The notes under the pieces are model-generated. The model had not been told where the DNA came from. It ran no database searches and saw only the letters and a program-made list of their open reading frames with translations. From a virus, in IMG/VR virus record IMGVR_UViG_3300035696_000014, positions 1 to 64,000 of that record: a DNA stretch of 64,000 bases; one strand, 5' to 3'. The position numbers and the translations under genes are program-made. Each line of letters opens with the position of its first letter. Position 1 is the stretch's first letter. Positions 1 through 8,775 of the stretch are shown here, in pieces.

Positions 1-745
1 CCTCAGTGAAGCTGCTGCCGTTGGTCCAGATCCGACGGTCGCGGTCGATGACGCAGCTGCCTCCCTTGTATGACATGTCACGTTCTTTGCCGATGCGGTT
101 GCTGACGACGATGTTGGCTCGAGTCTCTTCACACAGCTCAACCCAGGCGTTGTCAGGGTACCCGTACTGTGCGCCCCAGTTGGTCAGCAGAGCGATGGTG
201 TCGACGTTGCCAGGCTTGTAGAAGCGTTGACCAGGCTGCTGGAAGACGTACGACTCACGGTACCTGTTGGAGGCATCGCGGCAGATCAACACGCCCAGCC
301 TGCCGGCGGGAGTGATGACGCACGGAGCAGGGGCTTCGCTGGGCTGTGCCCACAGGTTGTCGCTGCCGTAGAGGTTGTGCTTCTGTGCATTGCCTGCCAG
401 GCCGCCAGGCCCAACGATCGCCGCGGAGTTGTACAGCTTGCCCTCGAACAGCTCGGTGTAGCCGAAGACCACATAGCAGCCGAACTGCCTGCAGATGCCC
501 TCGAAGGCGCAGGTCTGGTAGCCGTCACGGGTCTGGGCCACCTCGATCGCTTCCTTGACGTTGTGAAGGTTGTAGCCACCAACGCAGCACTCGGGCAGCA
601 CGATCAGCTTCGCGCCCTTGCCCGCCGCCTCGAACACCAGCTCTTGGGCGACGGCCAGGTTTTCCTGGACCTTCCCGAGCTTGGGCTCGAACTGGACCGC
701 GGCGACGACCGCCGTCGGCGGGATGAACGTGGTGACTCCGTCCAT
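1..745 (-). CDS. Carbon-nitrogen hydrolase (nitrilase superfamily); 3' end runs off the window
   Basis: Not in the ORF track. Manual translation from ATG at 745 gives MDGVTTFIPPTAVVAAVQFEPKLG...LIVLPE...QKHNLYG...GVLICRD...VVSNRIG, with the E-K-C triad. Start overlaps the upstream TGA. Confidence 0.85.
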   Translation of the reverse strand, partial: MDGVTTFIPPTAVVAAVQFEPKLGKVQENLAVAQELVFEAAGKGAKLIVLPECCVGGYNLHNVKEAIEVAQTRDGYQTCAFEGICRQFGCYVVFGYTELFEGKLYNSAAIVGPGGLAGNAQKHNLYGSDNLWAQPSEAPAPCVITPAGRLGVLICRDASNRYRESYVFQQPGQRFYKPGNVDTIALLTNWGAQYGYPDNAWVELCEETRANIVVSNRIGKERDMSYKGGSCVIDRDRRIWTNGSSFTE

Positions 746-2172
746 CAGCGCTTTCCCTTCGGTGACTCCTTGATGATGTTGGTCCACTTCTCGCCGTTGG
801 GCATCTCAACGATGAAGACGCCCTTCTTGCCACGACGATGGACGTTGACCCTGGAACCCGCCTTGTACTGTGTGCGGTTCGGGTTCAGCGGACGAGCCTC
901 GACACCGTCAGCGACGACGTACGGACCCTTGCGATCTGACATGACGATCGTTGCGGACTCAGTCAGCAACGGGCTGGTGAGGTTCTTGCTCTCATCGAAG
1001 CCACCCCAGTCGACCGAAGCCTTCTTGCCTGATGCCATCGTGGCAGGCTTCTCACCCGGCTTGGACGGGGGAGCCGCTGGCTTCTTGGGGTCAGCGACGC
1101 TCTTCATGTTGATGTCCTCTTCATCGAGGTCATCGCTCTCACCGAGCGGATCCTCCAGGTCGGAGGGCTTCGCCTTCATCGACCGGCGGACGGTGTTGTG
1201 GAGGTACTCGCGGAAGCCGTCCAGCTCTCGGACGATGTCCGGGTGGTCCTTCAACAACTGGACGTCAGCGGCGGTGAGCTCGCCCGTCTTGTTCAGCATG
1301 TCGATGTAGTCGTTCATGGCGCTGAGCACCATGATCTCCCGGTCATCTTCGGGCAGGCTGTAGAGGAACTTGAAACGCAGCAGCGTCTTGTCGACAGCCT
1401 GCTTGGCACCCGACACCGACATGCCGGTCTCCTTGGCAATGTCCTCGAACGACGCAGCACCGACGGCGCCCAGGGCACCGATCTCCTGGTGAGCGTGCTT
1501 CGGCTTGTGTTCGCCTTCCTCGCCACCCTCCTCGCTGTCGTCCGGGAGATCGGGTTCCTCTTCGGGCTCGTTCTCGTAGCGGTCGACGGCGTGGCCCAGC
1601 GACTTGCGCAGGTCTGCCTTCGTCTTCTCATGGCGAGCGTTGTACTCGCCACCGTGGACGCCCATCGGGATCTTCTTGACCGGGGGCAGGTCTGCCTCAG
1701 TCAGGCCCCTGGACTCCAGGATTGCCTTGCGGACCCGTGCCCGCAGTTGCTGTTCCACATTGCTCATCGTCGGCATCTTGCCCTCGTGCTTGCCCTTCTT
1801 CTCGGGGTTTTGCTTGTCTGTGTTTCCTGCAGCGTCGATCGCTTCTTGGCTGCCTGCGACCATCGCTGCCTGCGTTGCAGCGTCGATCTCGTCCTTTTCA
1901 CTCCTGCGGTCAAGCGCTGTCTTGACAGCGTTGAAGACGCCAGGCATGTCGGTGTCAGGCAGGCTCTTGACGAGCTGCCCAATCGCGATACCGAACTCAG
2001 TCTTGTTCTGCGGAGTGAAGTTCGGGTTGACCGGGTCGGTCACTGCACATGACGGGTCGGTGATCGCGTTGACCGGGACGGTGCCGCCGCTGGTCTCCCA
2101 ACCCTGGCCGTCGAGGACCTCCCGGATCATCTCCCTGAGGGCCGTGTCGCTGATGACAACGCGGGGTGCCAC
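745..2172 (-). CDS. Probable internal virion protein, 475 aa
   Basis: N-terminal ALREMIREVL motif, internal EQQLRARVRKAILE and LTE sites, downstream of a TANTTA box. Confidence 0.6.
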   Translation of the reverse strand: MAPRVVISDTALREMIREVLDGQGWETSGGTVPVNAITDPSCAVTDPVNPNFTPQNKTEFGIAIGQLVKSLPDTDMPGVFNAVKTALDRRSEKDEIDAATQAAMVAGSQEAIDAAGNTDKQNPEKKGKHEGKMPTMSNVEQQLRARVRKAILESRGLTEADLPPVKKIPMGVHGGEYNARHEKTKADLRKSLGHAVDRYENEPEEEPDLPDDSEEGGEEGEHKPKHAHQEIGALGAVGAASFEDIAKETGMSVSGAKQAVDKTLLRFKFLYSLPEDDREIMVLSAMNDYIDMLNKTGELTAADVQLLKDHPDIVRELDGFREYLHNTVRRSMKAKPSDLEDPLGESDDLDEEDINMKSVADPKKPAAPPSKPGEKPATMASGKKASVDWGGFDESKNLTSPLLTESATIVMSDRKGPYVVADGVEARPLNPNRTQYKAGSRVNVHRRGKKGVFIVEMPNGEKWTNIIKESPKGKR

Positions 2173-2175
2173 GGG

Positions 2176-2532
2176 TCAGCCTCCCGTCACAGGGTTCTTG
2201 GCGTTGGAGTCGACCCAGTGCCTGCCGAAGTACAGCGTCAGGATCGGGATGAAGTAGGCGCTGGCCGCTGTTGCATCGAACGGGCGGAAGGCCACGGTGC
2301 CGATGTGGTCGACGATCGACAGCACGTACGCCATCGAAGTGACCAAGAAAGCGACGGTGACCAACGTGGTCGACACGCTGCCGTTGCCGTTACAGTCCTT
2401 GATCCAGAACCAGGCGGGTTTCACCTCGACTGGGTCGGAGACGGGGCCCTGGTCTGCAGGAGCCGCCACCACGGGCGCAGTGCCGCTGGCAGGTTGGCTC
2501 GGGTTGGGCGGAAGGGGCTGCGAGTCATCCAT
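2176..2532 (-). CDS. Small two-TM membrane protein (holin-like)
   Basis: Two hydrophobic segments; next to spanin-like genes; TANTTA box upstream. Confidence 0.45.
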   Translation of the reverse strand: MDDSQPLPPNPSQPASGTAPVVAAPADQGPVSDPVEVKPAWFWIKDCNGNGSVSTTLVTVAFLVTSMAYVLSIVDHIGTVAFRPFDATAASAYFIPILTLYFGRHWVDSNAKNPVTGG

Positions 2533-2568
2533 GTGTCACCTCTGTGGGCCGACAGAGCCCACCGTAGG

Positions 2569-2575
2569 TAACTAG
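2569..2575 (-). promoter_or_regulatory. Putative late promoter box CTAGTTA
   Basis: One of about 12 TANTTA boxes found just upstream of gene starts. Confidence 0.6.
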
Positions 2576-2588
2576 GACGCTCCAACCC

Positions 2589-3065
2589 TCAGTGCGTGGC
2601 CTTTGATACCGCGAGCGCCGTCAGGACGGTGACGATGACCCCGCCAGCGAACCCGATACCGACCCAGACGGGGGTGCTGGGGCCAGATGTGGCCTTCTTC
2701 AGCTGATCAGAGAGGATCTGGTTCTGCTTTTGGGTCGAGGTGAGCTCGGTCTGCAGGACGGTCTTGTCGGCGGTACAGGTGGTCGCTGCCGAATCCAGAG
2801 CGTACTTCTGTTGGGCCGCGTCGAGCTGCATCTGGTGCTGGACTGCCAGCTGGATCGCTGCCGCAGCGGTGTCCTGCTGCGCCACGACCTGTGCCACGGC
2901 GGGCGGAGACAACAGCACTCCCGGCCATGGGGCACTCTGCCCTTGATGGAGTGGTGTGACAATCGGGGGCGGCGTGGGGGCCGCTTGGGCCGGTCCGTCA
3001 GCCCAGGCAGGGGCCGAGGAGGCCAGCATGGTGACGACGAGCAACGAGGAGATGAGCTTTTTCAT
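2589..3065 (-). CDS. Exported coiled-coil protein with C-terminal TM (spanin-like)
   Basis: Signal peptide ending AWA, Q/A-rich coil, C-terminal hydrophobic helix. Confidence 0.5.
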   Translation of the reverse strand: MKKLISSLLVVTMLASSAPAWADGPAQAAPTPPPIVTPLHQGQSAPWPGVLLSPPAVAQVVAQQDTAAAAIQLAVQHQMQLDAAQQKYALDSAATTCTADKTVLQTELTSTQKQNQILSDQLKKATSGPSTPVWVGIGFAGGVIVTVLTALAVSKATH

Positions 3066-3448
3066 TGCTGAACCCTGAATCCCATCTTGCCCGCCAGCAG
3101 GTTGGCCAGGCCCGTCGGGTCGTTGCCGTACTGCTTGACGATCTGCTTCTGTTCGGCGGCCTGTTGCGCAGCGAGCTGGGCCTGTGCGGCTTGGTACTGC
3201 TGCTGGATCTGGTTCAGCGAGTCCTGCAGCTGCTGGACCTCTTGCTGGTGCTGGGCTTCCTCGTCAGCACGTGCCTGGTTGATCTGGGCGATCTCTTGCT
3301 GGTTCGCCGCGTTGAGGGCAACGATGGCCGCGTTGGCGGCACGGTTCTTCCACGCTCCGTATGCAACCAGCACCACTGTGGCCAGGACCCAAGCCCGCCA
3401 GTGACTGGCGAAGAAGTTCCACAACGCTCCCCACATCTTGGTCGACAT
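3062..3448 (-). CDS. Rz/i-spanin-like protein
   Basis: N-terminal TM followed by a long Q-rich coiled coil; 4-nt overlap with the next gene. Confidence 0.5.
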   Translation of the reverse strand: MSTKMWGALWNFFASHWRAWVLATVVLVAYGAWKNRAANAAIVALNAANQQEIAQINQARADEEAQHQQEVQQLQDSLNQIQQQYQAAQAQLAAQQAAEQKQIVKQYGNDPTGLANLLAGKMGFRVQQ

Positions 3449-3456
3449 GGTGCTCC

Positions 3457-3816
3457 TCAGTTCGGCTTGTGCTCGGCCTTCTTGCGGGCCTCGACGGCAG
3501 CCGCAGCCGCATCGTCTTTCGGGTCGACCTTCTTGGGCTTGTCGATGTCGGGCATCGACATGTCCATCGAGTGTTCGGTCAGCTTCTTGTGGATGTGCAT
3601 CTGCATCCCATACATCTGCTGGATGATGTGGTGGTGCACCGCCTGGTTGTGAGCGATGACGGCGACTGCTTGGCCCAGGTTCACCAGTTGCTCTGCGACA
3701 GCCTTCAGGCCCTCAGCCAGGTCCTTGATGGGACGGGTGGCTTCGACTGCCTTGTCGAAGATGCGGTCGATGACGCTGGCGGCGTCCTCAGCCTTGGGCG
3801 GGTAGTGGAGCTTCAT
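3457..3816 (-). CDS. Hypothetical protein
   Basis: Fits the gene packing; helical sequence. Confidence 0.6.
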   Translation of the reverse strand: MKLHYPPKAEDAASVIDRIFDKAVEATRPIKDLAEGLKAVAEQLVNLGQAVAVIAHNQAVHHHIIQQMYGMQMHIHKKLTEHSMDMSMPDIDKPKKVDPKDDAAAAAVEARKKAEHKPN

Positions 3817-4120
3817 CAGGGTCTTCTCCCTCGTTGATCAGATCGTACAACGTGTCGGTGTCGAGTTCACCCACACCCCGGCGCTTGCCGCCGAGCCCAG
3901 GCTTCAAGCCGGTGCCAGACAGGGCATCCTTGATTCGCTGACGTTTCATCTGTTCGACCATGCGGATGGCGGACTTGTTCCCCTCAGCGACGCAACGCGC
4001 GAAGAACTCGAACGCCTCCTGCATCGAGGTGTCCATCGAGGCCAGGCTCGTCTTGAACCTGACGTGAGTGTCACGGTCGAGCTTGACGTGAACGTTCCTG
4101 GTCCTGCCCGACGATTCCAC
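3788..4120 (-). CDS. Ribbon-helix-helix-like DNA-binding protein
   Basis: NVHVKLDRDTHVRFK...SMQEAFEFFA pattern. Confidence 0.45.
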   Translation of the reverse strand: MESSGRTRNVHVKLDRDTHVRFKTSLASMDTSMQEAFEFFARCVAEGNKSAIRMVEQMKRQRIKDALSGTGLKPGLGGKRRGVGELDTDTLYDLINEGEDPDEAPLPAQG

Positions 4121-4123
4121 GTG

Positions 4124-4816
4124 TCACACCGCGCCGCCGGCGCCGCCGCCCCCGGGACCCGCTTCAGCGCTGCCGCTTGCACGAGCTGCTGGAGGAGCTG
4201 GGAAACGCTCATCATCAACAGACTGTTTGTCCATGCCTGGGACCAGGCCATGGTCATCACGCATGACGTTGTCGAAGGCCTCGAGGACCTCGCCCTTGTA
4301 GTTCTTGTTGAGGAAGCCCCGAGCCCGTCGCATCAGGGTCGCCTTGACCTCAAGCAACGAGTCGTAGTTCTCGATGAGGCGAACGACGTCATCACAGAAC
4401 TTGGCGACATCGAGGTCGTCCATGCCAAGCTTGCCTTCATCGTCATCATCACCCGTCATGCCCTCGGCACCGGGAGCTGCGTCATCAGCACCGCCCTGGG
4501 AGTCCTTGTCGCCCTGGCCTGCCTCGATGAGGACACCCTTCACCAGGTCACGCCAGTCCATGCTCTCCATCTGCGATGTGGTGCCTGGGCTGGTGAGCGA
4601 GTTGTCAGTCTTCTTGGAGTCAGACTCGTACTGGTGGAGGTAACGATCGACCTGCTCATCGAGCGAGTCGCCGCTCTCACCCTGGCTATGCGCCTGGCTG
4701 TCGGTGCCCGCTTCCATTGGCGGCGCTTCTTCCTCGAGCACGCGGAGGTAGGTGTCCATCCGGCCACGCTTGGCCTCCAGCATGATCCTTCGCAGGTCGC
4801 CCATCCGTAGACGCAT
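4124..4816 (-). CDS. Acidic probable virion protein
   Basis: Start reassigned to ATG 4816 (MRLRMGDLRRIMLEA), coupled to the SOD stop. Confidence 0.6.
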   Translation of the reverse strand: MRLRMGDLRRIMLEAKRGRMDTYLRVLEEEAPPMEAGTDSQAHSQGESGDSLDEQVDRYLHQYESDSKKTDNSLTSPGTTSQMESMDWRDLVKGVLIEAGQGDKDSQGGADDAAPGAEGMTGDDDDEGKLGMDDLDVAKFCDDVVRLIENYDSLLEVKATLMRRARGFLNKNYKGEVLEAFDNVMRDDHGLVPGMDKQSVDDERFPAPPAARASGSAEAGPGGGGAGGAV

Positions 4817-5562
4817 CACTGGTTCCTCTTCTGGCCCTGTCCCATGACCTGTGAGAGCTCCTCGGCCTTCTTGACTCGCTCTTCGATGACGTTCCAGTTC
4901 AGCTCCCTCATCATGGCGACGAGGTACGACTTCTTGTCGGTCTGGTAGTCCTTGTAGTAGGAGTGTTCCCACATGTCAACGACGACCAACGGGTACAACC
5001 CAATCATCACGTCTTGTGAGTGGTTGCTGACCATGGTGTTGATGTAGCGCTGGAGGTAGAGGTGGTAGCCGCAGACGGCCCAACCCTGTCCGCTGGCCAG
5101 GGCACACCCCATGAAGTCCTTCTGCCAGTCCTCGAAGGTGCCGAAGTCTCGCTCGAGGCGGAGGTACGCCATCGAGTCCATGTAGACCTCGCTATGCGGG
5201 TCGAAGCAGTTGCCGAAGAACAGCTCGTGGAGCCACACCGCGTTGAGGTTGTACGTCTCATCGAGCTTCAGGCTCCTGAACTCGCTGTGCTTGGCGTCAG
5301 CCTTCGAACGTTCTGCGGTGTCCAGCTCTGACGACACTCGGTTCAACGTCTCGACGTAGCCCTTGTAGAGGGCCTCGTGGGCGTCCTTCGTCTTCTGTGA
5401 CGAGAACTCGGTGACCTGGCTGTAGGCCTTGGGCTGGGCCACGTAGGCCTCGTCGACCACGGGAAGTTGGCTCCGCAGCGACTTCTTGATGATCTCCCCC
5501 AAGTCGATCCCCGCCATGGGTTCGAGGAGGTCGTTGGGCTTTCCGTTCGAGCTCATGGCCAT
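4816..5562 (-). CDS. Fe/Mn superoxide dismutase-family protein with N-terminal extension
   Basis: AHEALYKGYV, WLHELFF and DMWEHSYY supply all four metal ligands. Confidence 0.85.
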   Translation of the reverse strand: MAMSSNGKPNDLLEPMAGIDLGEIIKKSLRSQLPVVDEAYVAQPKAYSQVTEFSSQKTKDAHEALYKGYVETLNRVSSELDTAERSKADAKHSEFRSLKLDETYNLNAVWLHELFFGNCFDPHSEVYMDSMAYLRLERDFGTFEDWQKDFMGCALASGQGWAVCGYHLYLQRYINTMVSNHSQDVMIGLYPLVVVDMWEHSYYKDYQTDKKSYLVAMMRELNWNVIEERVKKAEELSQVMGQGQKRNQ

Positions 5563-5589
5563 ACTTATCCAGTGGGTCGGGCGCAGGAC

Positions 5590-5862
5590 ATGTCAGAAGA
5601 TCTCCTCAGGCGGTACATCACCGAGGTTGTTCAATCCCTCGATCTCGACCAGAGCCTGGTCAAGAAGGACGAGCACGGCAAGCCGGTCATCCGCAAGCTA
5701 GTCACCTTCAAGAAGCGTGGGTCACGGTTCCACAAGGGCGACAACCTCAACACCGACATCAACACCGACGGAAATCTCGTTGTCGATGACACCGAGATCT
5801 GGGAGCCTGACTTCTCGAAGGAGAAGGTCAAGACTGGTCGGACGGTCCACCGGGTGGCCTGA
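5590..5862 (+). CDS. Small probable virion protein
   Basis: ATACTTA at 5561-5567, AGGA SD, starts MSEDLLRRYITEVV. Confidence 0.55.
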   Translation: MSEDLLRRYITEVVQSLDLDQSLVKKDEHGKPVIRKLVTFKKRGSRFHKGDNLNTDINTDGNLVVDDTEIWEPDFSKEKVKTGRTVHRVA

Positions 5863-6100
5863 TCCGCGAGAATGGCACATCATGCGGGACCTGGTCCCGG
5901 ATGTCCTTCTCGAACCTGACACACTCGGGGTCTTCCAGGTAGGCCGTCTGGTCCTCGTAGGCCTCTTCGCAACCGCACCGTACGCCGTCGATCTCTTGGG
6001 TGCCCCCGTTGCAGCAGTTGTTGCCGCAGTCGGCGCAGATGACCATGTTGCCCTCGCACAGGGCACAGTAGGACAGGGTGTGGCGTGAGTAGCGTGCCAT
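5828..6100 (-). CDS. Cys-rich small protein
   Basis: CALC...CADCGNNCC...CGC; translationally coupled to the upstream gene. Confidence 0.55.
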   Translation of the reverse strand: MARYSRHTLSYCALCEGNMVICADCGNNCCNGGTQEIDGVRCGCEEAYEDQTAYLEDPECVRFEKDIRDQVPHDVPFSRIRPPGGPSDQS

Positions 6101-6384
6101 CAGTCGAGCTCGTACTCGGCTTCGAGGGTCTCTTTCGACACCAGGAACGTCTCCCCCTCAGGGGTCCTGAGGATGACATCCCTTGGCCCGACGCTGTTGA
6201 TGGTGTAGCGGATCTGCGATCCCTTGTGCTTCACCTTGAGCTCGGGCGACAGCACGTCTGCCGGGTTGTTGCCGATCTTCGAGGTCATGACCATGTCGAT
6301 CTGCTCGGCGAGCTTGGCGACCTTGGCGTTCCACTCCTCACGCATCACGCGGAGGACGTCTGCTTCTGTCAGGGGCTTCACCAC
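6100..6384 (-). CDS. Probable virion protein
   Basis: GTG start right after ATAGTTA (6387-6393); LTEADVLRVMREEW. Confidence 0.6.
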   Translation of the reverse strand: MVKPLTEADVLRVMREEWNAKVAKLAEQIDMVMTSKIGNNPADVLSPELKVKHKGSQIRYTINSVGPRDVILRTPEGETFLVSKETLEAEYELD

Positions 6385-6389
6385 GGTAA

Positions 6390-7001
6390 CTATCGCGCTG
6401 CCAGGGCTTGGTCGATGGCTTCGTCGAACGACAGGACCTCGACCCCCACCGACTTCAGCAGGTCGACCCCCTCGGTGAGGCGGTACGGGATCTTCCAGAC
6501 AACCCGAGCGATCTCGGCGTTGATGATCAGCTTTGCACAGTCCTTGCACGGCATGTGGGTGACGTACATGTGCTTCTTCTTGGCGAAGTTGAAGTCACAC
6601 TTGACCAGAGCGTTGACCTCGGCATGGATGAAACCGCTCTTGCCGGGCTCGGTCGACTCGTGCTGGTGTGGTCCGCCCTTGTAGTTGCCGTTGTACCCGA
6701 CGCTGAGCATCTGGGTGTTGTCGGCGCTGACGATGATGGCACCCACCTGAAGGCGGGGATCGTACGACCGTTCCGCCATGATGAAGGCAACGCTCATCCA
6801 CGTCTCGGGCCAGGGCCGCCGCTGGGGCGCGCCGCACTGCGGGCACCACCCGTCCTTGAACTTGCAGAGCTCACCGTCAACGCACCAGTGGGCGCCCAAC
6901 GCACGCAGCATCGGGCTCCACTTCGGACGGGCTTCCATCTCCTGAGTGGGAGGCAAGGAAGCAGAAGGAAGCGCAAGCTCTGTCACATCGTGTCTGGTCA
7001 T
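6390..7001 (-). CDS. dCMP deaminase
   Basis: GYNG, HAEVNA and PCKDC zinc-deaminase motifs. Confidence 0.9.
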   Translation of the reverse strand: MTRHDVTELALPSASLPPTQEMEARPKWSPMLRALGAHWCVDGELCKFKDGWCPQCGAPQRRPWPETWMSVAFIMAERSYDPRLQVGAIIVSADNTQMLSVGYNGNYKGGPHQHESTEPGKSGFIHAEVNALVKCDFNFAKKKHMYVTHMPCKDCAKLIINAEIARVVWKIPYRLTEGVDLLKSVGVEVLSFDEAIDQALAAR

Positions 7002-8161
7002 GTTGTCACCAGGCTCTGGAACAATTCGCTCTCCAGACGTTGGAGTTCCATGCCCAGCGCCTTGCCCGAAAACCCCTGGGCCATCAGGGGCTCACCCCTG
7101 TAGGGCTCAGCGGACAGGTACGACAAGAAAGCCGCGAACACCACGCGGTCGGGCAGGCCACGTGCTCTGACGTACTCGATGACGTCGTCGGGTGACAGCC
7201 CGGTGCTCCTGAACGCCTTGCGGAGCTTCGGAGCCGACTCCTTCGTCAGGTCCCGGAGGCGGAGCAGGAACGTGACCTGTGCCACCTCTTCGGCCGAGTA
7301 CTTCAGGTGGTTCAGCCTCTTCCCCACCGTCTCCGGGTCCTCGCCGTCCAGCAGGAGGGCGAGCACGACGGGGACGTTGTTGGAATCGATCCCGCGCGTG
7401 GACACGAGCGAGTCGAGGCACGGCGACGCCTTGAGACCGGGCAGGACACGGTCCCACATGTTGAGCTCGTCCATGAGCCGCATCAGGCGTTTCGAGCTCC
7501 GGGCTCCCGAGATCGACCTAACCAGCTCGTCGCGGACGCGTTCGAACGACACGCCATCGAGGTTGTTGTCACGTATGATTGCTTGGTACGTCTCGGACTC
7601 GATCTTGAAGCCGAGCTTGACAGCGAAGCGGATAGCCCGCATCACCCTCAGCCTGTCTTCCGCGAAACGGTCCTCGGGGCGGCCCACCGTCCTGATGATA
7701 CCGTCGTCAATGTCGGCCAGGCCCCCGACGAGGTCGACGACCTCCTCCTTGGAGATGTCGTAGAAGAGGGCGTTGATCGTCAGGTCCCGGCGCTGGACGT
7801 CTTCCTTGATCGTGGCGAAGCGTACCGTCGGGTGACGGCCCATCGACATGTCTTCGCGAAACGTGGCGATCTCGTACTCCTCCGACGGCGACCCGTCAGG
7901 CGTGTACCGCCTCGTCCTGATGACACCGAAAGCCTTGCCGACCTCGTCCGTCATCCACAGGTTCGTCCCGTGGAGCATCGCCTCGACCTGGTCGGGCCGG
8001 GCGTTCGTGGCGAGGTCGAAGTCCTTGGGCGCCTTGCCCATCACCGCGTCGCGGACGGCCCCGCCCACCAGGTACAGCTCGTACCCGTTGGACGCGAATA
8101 GCATTGCCAGCGACAACACGTCGCTGTGCAACGCGATCTTGAGTAGCCTACGGACTTCCAT
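6998..8161 (-). CDS. cca: CCA-adding tRNA nucleotidyltransferase
   Basis: VGGAVRD, DFDLAT, RRDLTINA, EDRLRVMRAIRF, ERVRDE. Confidence 0.9.
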   Translation of the reverse strand: MEVRRLLKIALHSDVLSLAMLFASNGYELYLVGGAVRDAVMGKAPKDFDLATNARPDQVEAMLHGTNLWMTDEVGKAFGVIRTRRYTPDGSPSEEYEIATFREDMSMGRHPTVRFATIKEDVQRRDLTINALFYDISKEEVVDLVGGLADIDDGIIRTVGRPEDRFAEDRLRVMRAIRFAVKLGFKIESETYQAIIRDNNLDGVSFERVRDELVRSISGARSSKRLMRLMDELNMWDRVLPGLKASPCLDSLVSTRGIDSNNVPVVLALLLDGEDPETVGKRLNHLKYSAEEVAQVTFLLRLRDLTKESAPKLRKAFRSTGLSPDDVIEYVRARGLPDRVVFAAFLSYLSAEPYRGEPLMAQGFSGKALGMELQRLESELFQSLVTT

Positions 8162-8167
8162 TTCGCC

Positions 8168-8197
8168 ATCCTACCACGGACGGGAGCCGTTTTTCAC
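8168..8197 (-). promoter_or_regulatory. Sigma70-like promoter GTGAAA-N18-TAGGAT, ATG 6 nt downstream
   Basis: Same layout recurs at 10 or more sites. Confidence 0.65.
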
Positions 8198-8775
8198 TCT
8201 TTCGTGATGTTTGCTCGCTTGTCGACAGCAAGATGGTGGCGAAAGCACCGGGGCTCATAGAGCTCGCTGCCACCGACCTCGATCTCGTCACCCTCGGTCT
8301 GCTTCTTGTGGGTGTAGTAGGCGTCTCTCCCGCACTCAGTGCAGACGGCACTGCACTTCTCGACGTGGGTTGCCCACGCCATCAGCTTCTCGATCTCGTG
8401 GAACGGTTTGGCCAAGTAGTTGAGGTCCAACGTGGAGACGACGATGTCGATGCCAAGCTGGTACAGGTAGATCAGGACCTCGGCAACACCCGGGATCATG
8501 AAGGCCTCGTCGACAGCCACCACCTCGGGTGTCTGTTCAGCGTCGGCCAAGGCGCCAAGGATGTCGGCACCCTCTTTGACCAGGATCGAGGGGTACCGCC
8601 AGCCCGAGTGGCTGACGATCTCGCTGTGGCTGTACCGGGCATCGATCGCAGGCTTGAACGCCATGATCCGCTTGCCCTGGTACTTGGCACGCTCCAGCGA
8701 GAGCAACAGCTTTGTCGTCTTGCTGCTGAACATCGGTCCAACATAGACCGCTAGCGTCGGGTTCTGACCACTCAT
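8194..8775 (-). CDS. tdk: Thymidine kinase
   Basis: GPMFSSKTT, VDEAF, CTEC...YEPRC; start reassigned to MSGQ. Confidence 0.9.
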   Translation of the reverse strand: MSGQNPTLAVYVGPMFSSKTTKLLLSLERAKYQGKRIMAFKPAIDARYSHSEIVSHSGWRYPSILVKEGADILGALADAEQTPEVVAVDEAFMIPGVAEVLIYLYQLGIDIVVSTLDLNYLAKPFHEIEKLMAWATHVEKCSAVCTECGRDAYYTHKKQTEGDEIEVGGSELYEPRCFRHHLAVDKRANITKE

